Below, in pieces: positions 17,879 to 27,689 of a stretch of DNA of 47,205 nt. The notes under the pieces were generated by a model. It saw nothing but the letters and a program-made list of their open reading frames with translations, searched no databases and was not told the origin of the DNA. Within the stretch, counting starts at the first letter, position 1. Each line of letters opens with the position of its first letter. Origin of the DNA: Nitrospirae bacterium CG2_30_70_394 (GTDB lineage Bacteria; CG2-30-53-67; CG2-30-70-394); assembly GCA_001873295.1 (NCBI GenBank), contig MNYW01000026.1, positions 1 through 47,205 on the forward strand, read 5' to 3'. The position numbers and the translations under genes are program-made.

Positions 17879-18979
17879 GTGAGCGACCCGGCCGCCTTGG
17901 CAGGCAGTGACCGTGGCGAGGCGGCGTGGGAGGCGCTCTTCGATGGCTTGCCGGTGGCGGTGGTGGCGGTGGATCGCCACGGCGGGGTGGTGGCGTGGAA
18001 CCAGGGGGCGGTGGGGTTGATCGGGTCGTCGCGCCGCCTGGCGCGCGGTCAACCAGTCGCGGCGGCGATGGGGCTGGATTTCGACGTGGGGGCGGCGGTG
18101 GCGCGGGTGGTGGCGGAGGGGACGGTCTACCTGCGCCGTGACGCCCGCCTGCTCCTCGGGCCGGATCACGAGCGGGGGGTGGCGGTGCGCATCGGCCCGG
18201 TGGCGGCCGCGGCGGAGGGTTCGGCGGCCGCGGTCCTGCTGATCGACGACGAGGGGTCGTTCCAGCGCGAGGTGGAGCGGACCCGCCAGGCGGGGAGGCT
18301 GGAGGCCCTCGGGACCATGGCCGCAACCCTCGCCCACGAGGTCCGCAACCCCCTTGGGGCGATCCGCGGCGCGGCGCAGATCCTGGCCACCGTCTGTGAC
18401 GATTCCGATGGGCGCGAGGGGATCGCGGTGATCCTGCGCGAGGCGGATCGGTTGGCGCGACTCGTGGAACAGGTCCTCGGGGTGGCGCGCGCGGGGGCCA
18501 CGGTGGTGCGGCCGGTGAACATCCACCGGGTCCTCGATCGGGTCGTGGAGCTGCTTGTCTTGGAGCGTCCCATCGACCCCCTGGCGGTGGTGGCGCGCGA
18601 GTACGACCCGTCTCTGCCGGAGGTGGTGGGGAGCGAGGATCGCCTGGTGCAGCTCTTCTACAACCTGGCGAAGAACGGTCTCGAGGCGTCCCCCGCGGGC
18701 ATCCCCGTGGTCTTCCGTACCCGCCTGTCGCCGGTGCGCGTGCGCCGCGGCAAGGAGGGGGCGCGGCGCCTGAGCGTCGCGGTGATTGACCGCGGCGCGG
18801 GGCTGACGGAGGCGGCGCGGGAGAGCCTCTTCACCCCCTTCTTCACCACCAAGGAGGGCGGCACCGGCCTCGGCCTCGCCCTGTGCGCGCGCATCGTTGA
18901 GGAGCACGACGGCGAAATCGAGGTGCGGCCCCAGCGCGGCGGTGGCACCCGCGTGGAGGTGTGGCTGCCGCTGGTGTAG
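17879..18979 (+). CDS. NtrB-like PAS/HisKA/HATPase sensor histidine kinase (soluble)
   Basis: Motifs seen: PAS-like N-terminus LFDGLPVAVVAVDRHGGVVAWN, H-box LAHEVRNPLGAIRGAAQIL (NtrB-like), N box LFYNLAKNGLEA, and G box FTTKEGGTGLGLALC. The start is GTG at 17879. No TM segments are apparent. Confidence 0.8.
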   Translation: MSDPAALAGSDRGEAAWEALFDGLPVAVVAVDRHGGVVAWNQGAVGLIGSSRRLARGQPVAAAMGLDFDVGAAVARVVAEGTVYLRRDARLLLGPDHERGVAVRIGPVAAAAEGSAAAVLLIDDEGSFQREVERTRQAGRLEALGTMAATLAHEVRNPLGAIRGAAQILATVCDDSDGREGIAVILREADRLARLVEQVLGVARAGATVVRPVNIHRVLDRVVELLVLERPIDPLAVVAREYDPSLPEVVGSEDRLVQLFYNLAKNGLEASPAGIPVVFRTRLSPVRVRRGKEGARRLSVAVIDRGAGLTEAARESLFTPFFTTKEGGTGLGLALCARIVEEHDGEIEVRPQRGGGTRVEVWLPLV

Positions 18980-19099
18980 GAGGGTGGCGGACTGGGTCGA
19001 GCGCCTGGGGAGGCAAGGGTGGGTGCGCCCGAATTGGGGCGCGGGGAAAGCGGGCCGCCAATGGAGGCCTATCCGCGCCTACGAAGGCGCAGGGTGGTT

Positions 19100-19245
19100 C
19101 GCCGTCGCTGCGGTACAACGCGCCTTCCGGCTCCGCCGAGCGCCAACTCAAGCCGCGTGGGCCGTCGCCTTCCCGTTATTGATTCGCGCCCCTTCCTGAT
19201 TCGCGCCCGTGCGCGTGATTTGCGGCAATACCCAAAAACCATTTT
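19100..19245. repeat. Family A repeat, degenerate copy
   Basis: gccttcccgttattgattcgcgccccttcctgattcgcgcccgtgcgcgtgatttgcggc parallels the module X core seen at 2485-2520. Confidence 0.5.
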
Positions 19246-19372
19246 CAATGGCTTGATCCGGCGGGAGCGCCCCCTACCCAACCGCCCGCGCCTCTCTGTC
19301 ACCGTGAGTCTTACGGGTGCCTCGTGGCTGCGTCGCCAACCTCCGCGCCACCTAGTGAGGGAGCTGAGTGGT

Positions 19373-21634
19373 ATGTGCGATCTCTGTGCCCAGTGTGGCC
19401 TGCCCGTGGGACGCCGCCCGCTGCGCGGCCGTGTGCGCGGCGCGGAGGCCGCCTTCTGCTGCTACGGCTGCTACCTGGTGATGCGGGTTAGCGGCGAGCC
19501 CGGGGTGCGCGGTGTGGCCCAGGGGCTGGTTCTGCGCCTCGGCCTCGGGTTGTTTTTCGCCCTCAACGTGATGGTCTTCTCCCTCGCCCGCTACGGCGGC
19601 CACTTCGCCATCCCCGCCACCTTGCTCGGCGCGGAGGTAGATGCGGCGCGTTTCAACCTCCTGCTCGAGTACATCCTCCTCGCCTTCGCCACCCCGGTGG
19701 TCCTCCTCATCGGCCTGCCCATGGTGCGGCGCCTTGGCTCGGAGATCGTCCACCTGGCGTTTTCCATCGACTCTTTGGTGGCGATCGCCACCTTCGCCGC
19801 CTTCGCCCTGTCCGTGCGTACCACCCTGACCGGCGGCGGCCAGGTCTACTACGACACCGCCTGCTGGCTCTTGGTGCTGATCACCCTCGGCCGCTATCTG
19901 GAGGCGCGGGCGAAGGTGCGCACCACCGGCGCGGTGGAATCCCTTCTCGCCCTGGCGCCACCCACCGCGCGGCGGAGGCGGGCGGACGGCGGACTCGAGG
20001 AGGTGGCGGCGGCGAGCCTCGTCCCCGGGGAGGTGATCGAGGTGCGGCCAGGGGAGGGGATTCCGGCGGACGGCGTGGTCCTCGAGGGGGCGGGCACGGT
20101 GGATCGCGCTCCCCTCACCGGCGAGGCGACGCCGGAGGCGGTGCGGGCGGGGGTTCCGGTCCATGCCGGCACCACCAGCATCGACGCCGCCTTCACCGCC
20201 CAAATCTCCGTGCCCCCCGGGGCGCGCCTCTTGGACCGCATCGCCAAGCTCATGGAGGAGGCCAGGGCGGCGCGTGGCCCGCGCCAGCGCCTCGCCGATC
20301 ACGTCGCCGCGTGGGTGGCGCCGGTGGTGGTGGGGCTGGGGGTCGCGACGTTCTTCTACTGGCGCGGCCGGGTGGGGGTGGAGGTGGCGCTCCTGCGGAT
20401 GCTGGCGGTGTGGGTGATCGCCTGCCCCTGCGCCCTCGGTATCGCCACCCCGATGGCCCTCTGGGTGGGGCTCGGGGTGGCCGCGCGTAACGGCCTGCTG
20501 ATCCGCACCGCCGCCGCTTTGGAGGCGGTGAATGCGATCGACACGGTCTGTTTCGACAAGACCGGCACCCTCACCGCCGCCACCTTGGAGGTGGCAGAGG
20601 TGCGGGTGGGTCGCGGTGTCGGCGAGGGTGAGATGCGCCGCGCCTTGGCGGCCCTGGAGGCGCGTTCGGAGCATCCGGTGGGCCGTGCGCTGGCGGCGTG
20701 GGCGGGGGGTAGTGCACCGGCGGCGGAGCTGCGCACGGTGGTGGGGGCGGGGGTCGCCGGGCGGGTCGACGGCGTGTTGTGGCGCGCCGGCAGCCGCCGC
20801 TGGCTCGCCGCCGAGAGGGTGGCCTTAGAGCCTGCCGGACTTTGTCGCGATCGACTACGAAGAGCGGAACCAGGCTCGGATCGTCGGCCCGGATCGGGCC
20901 TCGTCCTTCATGACCGAGTCCCACCTAGCCCTACGAATGGGTCGCGATCCGGACTCGAGCCCGCTGGCTTGCGCCACGATCGACAGGGTTCGACACGGGC
21001 CGTGGGCGCGGCGCTCGCCCCTCTGCAGCCGGGCCGCTGGGTCTATCTCGCCCGCGACGGCGAGGAGTGCGCGGCGGTGCGCCTCGCCGAGCAGCTCGCC
21101 CCGCACGCGGCCGAGGCGGTGGCGCGGCTGGCGGCGATGGGCGTCTCCCTCCATCTCCTTTCCGGCGACGAGCCGGGAGCGGTGGAGGCGGTGGCCGGCC
21201 GCCTGGGGGTCCCGTTCACCGTCCACGCGGGGCTGCTGCCGGACGAGAAGATCAACGCGATCGAGCAGCTCGTGGCCGCCGGGCGCCACCCCCTCATGGC
21301 CGGCGACGGGATCAACGACGCCCCGGCGCTGGCCGTCGCGCCGCTGGGGATGGCGATGGCGGGCGGGACCGACCTCTCCCGCAATGCCGCCGACGTCATC
21401 GCCCTGCACGACGACCTCCGCCTCGTGCCCGACCTCCTCGCCCTCGGTCGCCGCGTCCACCAGACCTTGATCGCCAACCTCCTCTGGGCCTTTTCCTACA
21501 ACTTTCTCGGCGTCATCCTCGCCGCCGCCGGCCGCCTCTCTCCGGTCTTCGCCGCCAGCGCGATGTTCATCTCCTCCCTGCTGGTGATCGCCAACTCGCT
21601 CAGGCTCAACCGCTGGCGGCCCGCGGGAGATTAG
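19373..21634 (+). CDS. Heavy-metal P1B-type ATPase with a FixI/CcoI-type N-terminal Cys-rich domain; carries an in-frame repeat insertion
   Basis: The N-terminus MCDLCAQCGLPV...FCCYGCYLV fits the C-x2-C ... CC-x-GC metal-binding domain. Other motifs: TM CPC (VIACPCALGIATP), phosphorylation site CFDKTGTLT, hinge GDGINDAPAL. The distance from DKTGT to GDGIND is 249 aa, against about 190 aa as I recall it for E. coli CopA and ZntA. Confidence 0.85.
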   Translation: MCDLCAQCGLPVGRRPLRGRVRGAEAAFCCYGCYLVMRVSGEPGVRGVAQGLVLRLGLGLFFALNVMVFSLARYGGHFAIPATLLGAEVDAARFNLLLEYILLAFATPVVLLIGLPMVRRLGSEIVHLAFSIDSLVAIATFAAFALSVRTTLTGGGQVYYDTACWLLVLITLGRYLEARAKVRTTGAVESLLALAPPTARRRRADGGLEEVAAASLVPGEVIEVRPGEGIPADGVVLEGAGTVDRAPLTGEATPEAVRAGVPVHAGTTSIDAAFTAQISVPPGARLLDRIAKLMEEARAARGPRQRLADHVAAWVAPVVVGLGVATFFYWRGRVGVEVALLRMLAVWVIACPCALGIATPMALWVGLGVAARNGLLIRTAAALEAVNAIDTVCFDKTGTLTAATLEVAEVRVGRGVGEGEMRRALAALEARSEHPVGRALAAWAGGSAPAAELRTVVGAGVAGRVDGVLWRAGSRRWLAAERVALEPAGLCRDRLRRAEPGSDRRPGSGLVLHDRVPPSPTNGSRSGLEPAGLRHDRQGSTRAVGAALAPLQPGRWVYLARDGEECAAVRLAEQLAPHAAEAVARLAAMGVSLHLLSGDEPGAVEAVAGRLGVPFTVHAGLLPDEKINAIEQLVAAGRHPLMAGDGINDAPALAVAPLGMAMAGGTDLSRNAADVIALHDDLRLVPDLLALGRRVHQTLIANLLWAFSYNFLGVILAAAGRLSPVFAASAMFISSLLVIANSLRLNRWRPAGD
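20828..20995. mobile_element. MITE-like element family B inserted in-frame (168 bp, 56 codons) within the ATPase N-domain coding region
   Basis: It is collinear with the intergenic copy at 9638-9793 through shared 5', central and 3' blocks. Internal near-direct repeats are gagcctgccggactttgtcgcgatcgac (20828-20855) and gagcccgctggcttgcgccacgatcgac (20957-20984). G+C is locally lower. The ORF is not interrupted. Confidence 0.6.
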
Positions 21635-21638
21635 CCAA

Positions 21639-21679
21639 GCAACATCTCGAATGCGGGAGCAAGATCGCAACATCTCGAA
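21639..21679. repeat. Two perfect 13-bp direct repeats, gcaacatctcgaa (21639-21651 and 21667-21679), upstream of the SLT-domain gene
   Basis: Read directly from the sequence, with a 28-bp period. They are followed by the hairpin ccaagg-gtt-ccttgg (21681-21695). They may be a regulator site or a terminator remnant. Confidence 0.5.
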
Positions 21680-21739
21680 GCCAAGGGTTCCTTGGGAAGG
21701 TGTGGGGTTGCAGGAAGAGATCGCCTTTGATGGGTTCTG

Positions 21740-23665
21740 ATGCCATGGATCGCCATGTGTAGCCGCGCATTGTCGACGGGTCCGCTACCCCTCGTGTTGC
21801 GCATCGCTCGTCTATTCGTGGTTGGTTGTTTGGCGCTACCTCCTTTGCATGCCCAGGCGAGCAGCCTGGAAATACCCCTGCGCATACCCCTGGAGCCAAT
21901 CCGCCAAGCCCTTAGCGCGCAGCTTGCGACGTCGGCTGAGACCCCGAATGTGATCTACGAGGAGGGTTCATGTAGTTACCTGCACCTCGAGGCCCCGCGC
22001 CTCGAGGCCCATGACGGGCAGTTGCGTTTTGTCGGCCCTGGCGCAGCGGCGTTGGGTGGTGAGCTGTTCGGCACCTGTCACAGCGCCACCGCCTGGCAGG
22101 GCTCCATGGAATTCACCCTCGTACCGCTACTCGACAGCACGGGTGGCATGCACCTGCGGATTATCGATTCCAAACTCACCGACGCCAGCGGAGAGAGCGC
22201 GCCGAGGTTGGGTTTCATCTGGGAGTTGACCAAACGCTACCTCCATCCACGCATGGAACAGTTCAGCTATGACGTTGGTACATCGCGCGACGCCCTGCTC
22301 GCGGTTCTACGCGCGGCGGCCCCACCGGAACACCGCGCCGAGCTGGAACAGGCTCTACGTCGAGTGCAGGTGCTGGAACCACGCATCGAGGCCCGGGACA
22401 TCGTGGTGCCGATCACCTTTGTTTTACCGGAAGCTTGGTTGGCGCCACCACCAGCGGCGACCTCGGCGGAAGCACCTCTGACCGAAACCGAACTCGATGT
22501 CTTGGACAAGACACTGCAGCCATGGGATGCATTCCTGGTCTACAGCATCAAACAGATTGCGCTCGACAGCGACAATGAAATACTACGAAAACGTCTTTTT
22601 GAGTTGCTGCTGAACAGCCGGTATCGCTTGACAGATATTCTCTCCGGTGAGCAACCGACCGCCGGCGATCCGGTCCGTGCCCTGTTCGTGTCGACCTGGA
22701 ACGATCTGCGGACGCTCCTCGCCGATGCCCAACATGAAGGCTTGCTCGATACTGGGCTGCTGCGCTATGCCGCCTTCATTAATGCCGGTGATGCCTTGAC
22801 GGCCCTGGACCACGCGGCGCCCGGGCTTGGCATGCACCTTTCCATTGATGGGCTGCGACGTTTGGCGCACAGCCTGCGTCCGGATGATCTCGCGGATTCG
22901 CTTGCCTACGATCAGAAGATCGATCCACTCCTACGCCAACTATTCGACGTCGACGAACTACCTGTACCCGCGCCTAACCCCGCGCCCGAGCCGCCCCCAC
23001 CGCCGGAACAGAGCTGGCTGGATATCTTTGTGACCTCAGCCCATGCCTCGGATACGGTCGAGCAGGTTGCAGGCCTACCGGCGCTGGACCGCTGGGTACC
23101 CGGAGAGGACGAACTCGATGCGTATGAGCAGCGGTTGTCATCCTTGTTGGAGCAGAGCGCAACGGCGGAGTTGCAGCGTATCGGGGTCGACGCACCCTAC
23201 GATCAGATTTTCCGAAACCTGATACCGACCACGGCGATGATTGAGAGTTGCTGGCATCAGTATGTGCTTCGTGCCGGCGAGATTAGCTATCTGCGCTCCC
23301 AGGCCGGCAGTGTTGGCCTCATGCAGATCAACCAGCATGTTTGGCGCGGCTTTTATGATGTTGAACGCCTAAAGTGGGATACCGCCTACAATGCCCGTGC
23401 GGGTACGCAGGTCCTGATGCGCTACATGAAGGACTACGCCATCGCCTACGCTAACCGCAGCGGCGATCTCAATCATATTCCGCGCGCCACCTATTCGGTG
23501 TATAATGCGGGCCCGCGTGCTATGGGTCGTTTTAATAATCCGAATAGCTCCAAACGTGAACAACGCGTCGATCAGAAGCTCTGGACCATCTATCAAGGTA
23601 TCGCGGCGGGTGGCCACGTGGACGTGAACAGTTGCAGCGTCACGCCCGCCGCGGTGACGCAGTGA
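21740..23665 (+). CDS. Secreted protein with a C-terminal lytic transglycosylase (SLT) domain and a roughly 480-aa N-terminal region of unknown function
   Basis: The N-terminus is signal-like (LVLRIARLFVVGCLALPPLHAQA). The C-terminal SLT motifs are IESCWHQY (catalytic Glu-Ser), GSVGLMQIN, AGTQVLMRY and YSVYNAGP. The gene has clearly lower G+C than its flanks. Confidence 0.75.
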   Translation: MPWIAMCSRALSTGPLPLVLRIARLFVVGCLALPPLHAQASSLEIPLRIPLEPIRQALSAQLATSAETPNVIYEEGSCSYLHLEAPRLEAHDGQLRFVGPGAAALGGELFGTCHSATAWQGSMEFTLVPLLDSTGGMHLRIIDSKLTDASGESAPRLGFIWELTKRYLHPRMEQFSYDVGTSRDALLAVLRAAAPPEHRAELEQALRRVQVLEPRIEARDIVVPITFVLPEAWLAPPPAATSAEAPLTETELDVLDKTLQPWDAFLVYSIKQIALDSDNEILRKRLFELLLNSRYRLTDILSGEQPTAGDPVRALFVSTWNDLRTLLADAQHEGLLDTGLLRYAAFINAGDALTALDHAAPGLGMHLSIDGLRRLAHSLRPDDLADSLAYDQKIDPLLRQLFDVDELPVPAPNPAPEPPPPPEQSWLDIFVTSAHASDTVEQVAGLPALDRWVPGEDELDAYEQRLSSLLEQSATAELQRIGVDAPYDQIFRNLIPTTAMIESCWHQYVLRAGEISYLRSQAGSVGLMQINQHVWRGFYDVERLKWDTAYNARAGTQVLMRYMKDYAIAYANRSGDLNHIPRATYSVYNAGPRAMGRFNNPNSSKREQRVDQKLWTIYQGIAAGGHVDVNSCSVTPAAVTQ

Positions 23666-23767
23666 GATAAGGGCCGTTTGTAGGGGCTTCTCCCGGCACA
23701 ACGGTGTGGCTGCATTCCCGGAGGTCACCGCTTCAGACTGTTGAAGTCGTTGCTCCAACCTCCCGTG

Positions 23768-25309
<1,542 letters not shown>

Positions 25310-25606
25310 GGGGCCCGGGGGGTGAAGGGGAGGGAAGGGTGATCGTGGAATGGGGTGGCTACGGTGGATGGTTCATGCGCCGACCGCCCCGACGCCTGGG
25401 TGCGGTGGCTTTTCTCGCCACTGCGCCCGGCGGCGGCACTCTAGGGGCTCGGCACGGCGGTGAAAAGCAGGCCGCCCTGCGCGGCGAATCGCGGTGCGGC
25501 GGGTGTCACGGTTCCCGGGCGTCATCGAGGTCCAGCGCTCGGGAAGGCCCGCAATCCCCCGGCGCTCTTGGCTTGGGCGACGCGCAATTGGCGAGGCGAT
25601 CAAGGC

Positions 25607-25642
25607 AAAAAAAACGGGCGGCCCGGTGACCCGGACCGCCCG
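25607..25642 (-). terminator. Rho-independent terminator downstream of sat
   Basis: The minus strand reads cgggcggtccgg-gtca-ccgggccgcccg followed by TTTTTTTT. That is a 12-bp GC stem with one G-U pair and a T8 tract, about 25 nt after the sat stop. Confidence 0.75.
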
Positions 25643-25667
25643 TGCTGCGTGTGGTGCGCGGTGGCGG

Positions 25668-26879
25668 TTACTCGCCGGTCGCCGCGCGGTGGAGCTTGAT
25701 CTCCACCTTCTCTTCCAAGGTGGCGTAGTACCGCTTGAGGATCTCCACCACCTCGGGACGGGAGAACTCGGGCGGGACGTCCTCGCCCTCGGAGAGCATC
25801 TTCCGCATCTTCGTCCCAGAGAGGAGCATCCGATCCTCCTTGCCGTGCGGGCAGGTCTTCATCGACGCCATGCCATCGCACTTCTTGCAGTAGAAGGTCC
25901 AGTCGATCTTCATCGCCTGGGTCTCCATGGCGCCCTTGGGGATCTCCTCGAAGATCTTGTGGGCGTCGAAGGGGCCGTAGTAGTCGCCGACGCCCGCGTG
26001 GTCCCGTCCGACGAGGAGGTGGGAGCAGCCGTAGTTCTGCCGGAAGAGGGCGTGGAGCAACGCCTCGCGCGGACCGGCGTAGCGCATGTCCAGCGGATAG
26101 CCCGCCTGCACGTAGGTGTCCTTCACGAAGTAGTTCTCGGTCAGGGCGTTGATGCAGTCGCGGCGCACGTCCGCGGGGATGTCACCCGGCTTGAGCTTGC
26201 CGAGGAGCTGGTGGATGAGGACGCCGTCGGTGATCTCGATGGCGATCTTCGCCAGGTACTCGTGGGAGCGGTGCATCGGGTTGCGGGTCTGGAAAGCCGC
26301 CACCGTGTTCCACCCCTTCGACTCGAAGATGGCGCGGGTCTGGGCCGGGGTCATGTAGATCCCCTTGAACTCGGTAGGGAAGCTCCCCTCGGAGAGGACC
26401 TTCACCGGCCCGGCGAGGTTCACCTCCTCCTGCTCCATCACCTTGGCGACCCCGGGATGCTCCATGTCCGTGGTCTTGAAGACGCACTGGCACTCGTGGG
26501 CCTTGTCGATGGTGTACTTCTCCGTGACCTTCATGGTCCCCATGATCTCGCCGCTCTCCTCCTCCACCAGGGCGATCTCCTCGCCGAGCTTGATGGAGTC
26601 CGCCTTGCCCTGGGTGGTGGAGAGGGTGATCGGGATCGGCCAGAAGAGGCCGTTGGCCATCTGGTAGCGGTCGCACACCCCCTGCCAATCCCCCTTGGTC
26701 ATGAACCCTTCCAGGGGGGTGAAGCCGCCGATCCCCATCATGATGAGGTCGCCGGTCTCGCGCGAGGTCATCTTCACCTGGGTGAGCCCCTGCGCCTTTG
26801 CCAACTCCTTCTTTTGGGCATTGCCGGTCAGAAGCAGGGGTTTGAGATCACCTCCACCGTGCGGTCGAACGAGGGCCAT
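25668..26879 (-). CDS. sat: Sulfate adenylyltransferase (ATP sulfurylase), homo-oligomeric Sat type
   Basis: A 403-aa protein starting MALVRPHGG. Motifs seen: [21 protein letters not shown], and a C-terminal Cys/His cluster [16 protein letters not shown]. The strong RBS aaggaga lies 6 nt before the ATG at 26879. Confidence 0.92.
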   Translation of the reverse strand: MALVRPHGGGDLKPLLLTGNAQKKELAKAQGLTQVKMTSRETGDLIMMGIGGFTPLEGFMTKGDWQGVCDRYQMANGLFWPIPITLSTTQGKADSIKLGEEIALVEEESGEIMGTMKVTEKYTIDKAHECQCVFKTTDMEHPGVAKVMEQEEVNLAGPVKVLSEGSFPTEFKGIYMTPAQTRAIFESKGWNTVAAFQTRNPMHRSHEYLAKIAIEITDGVLIHQLLGKLKPGDIPADVRRDCINALTENYFVKDTYVQAGYPLDMRYAGPREALLHALFRQNYGCSHLLVGRDHAGVGDYYGPFDAHKIFEEIPKGAMETQAMKIDWTFYCKKCDGMASMKTCPHGKEDRMLLSGTKMRKMLSEGEDVPPEFSRPEVVEILKRYYATLEEKVEIKLHRAATGE

Positions 26880-27095
26880 GAGCTTTCTCCTTGTGAACCC
26901 GAGGGGGGTGGTCGCGGCAGGCAGACCACCGCCCCGATTGAACAAAAAGGCCGCGGCAGGGAAGCATGGAGGGGGCTTGTGGGTCAACCCGGAAACGGTG
27001 TCCGTGGCCGCAGGCGCGGACCTTTTCGGCGTTGCGGCAGGCGTGGCCTGGCCCGCGCGACGTGGCCGCCTTGCATTGGCGTGGGGAGCCTGGCT

Positions 27096-27110
27096 ATCGT
27101 CCCGGACGAT
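27096..27110. promoter_or_regulatory. Candidate operator: perfect palindrome ATCGTCC-C-GGACGAT upstream of the second rrf2 gene
   Basis: A 7-bp inverted repeat with a 1-bp spacer, about 43 bp upstream of the ATG at 27153, in the sat/rrf2 divergent region. The functional assignment is inference only. Confidence 0.35.
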
Positions 27111-27152
27111 TCGGATGAATGGTGTCCGATTCCTCTGCGGAGGCCCTCCCCG

Positions 27153-27635
27153 ATGCGTCTTACCAAGGCTGGAGACTACGCCATGCGCGGGCTGATCTAT
27201 CTCGCCCGCCGGCCGCAGGGGGAGTTTTCCCTGGTGGGGAACATCGCCGCTGCGATGGAGGTTCCGGAGAGCTTCCTCGCGAAGATTTTTCAGAATCTGG
27301 CGCGCGCCGGTTTGGTGCGCTCCAACCGCGGCTACGGCGGCGGTTACTGCCTGGCGCGGCCGGCGGCGGCGATCACCCTTTTGGAGGTGATCGAGTGCGT
27401 GGAGGGGCCGATTGTGTTCAACGACTGCACCGACCCGCACGCCGCCGAGGACGAGACGATGGCCTGTACCTCCGCCTGCGGCGCCCAAGGGGTGTGGCAA
27501 GAGGTGCAGGAGGCGGTCCGCGCCATCCTGGAAAAAAAGACCATGGACGAGCTGGCCGCCACCGCCGCGCTGCCCGGTTCCGTTGCTCAGCCGATCACCC
27601 TCGGGCCGCGGCGCTTCGCCCGCCCAGGCCGGTAG
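27153..27635 (+). CDS. Rrf2-family transcriptional regulator (IscR-like)
   Basis: Motifs seen: [18 protein letters not shown], w[42 protein letters not shown], and downstream Cys residues (C..C..C region). Confidence 0.85.
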   Translation: MRLTKAGDYAMRGLIYLARRPQGEFSLVGNIAAAMEVPESFLAKIFQNLARAGLVRSNRGYGGGYCLARPAAAITLLEVIECVEGPIVFNDCTDPHAAEDETMACTSACGAQGVWQEVQEAVRAILEKKTMDELAATAALPGSVAQPITLGPRRFARPGR

Positions 27636-27689
27636 CCACCCCAGTCCATTCACCCCGCTTCCCACACCGGATCGATTCGCAGGAGAGAT

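Noticed and set aside
21740-23665. A prophage endolysin or a VirB1-type secretion-system transglycosylase.
   Set aside because: The gene is solitary, far larger than typical endolysins or VirB1, has a Sec-type leader, and has no phage, T4SS or T3SS neighbours.
25668-26879. Interpreting sat plus tusA/dsrE as evidence for dissimilatory sulfur oxidation.
   Set aside because: No aprBA, dsrAB, sox, hdr-like or rhodanese genes are in the window. Sat alone is equally compatible with assimilatory sulfate activation.
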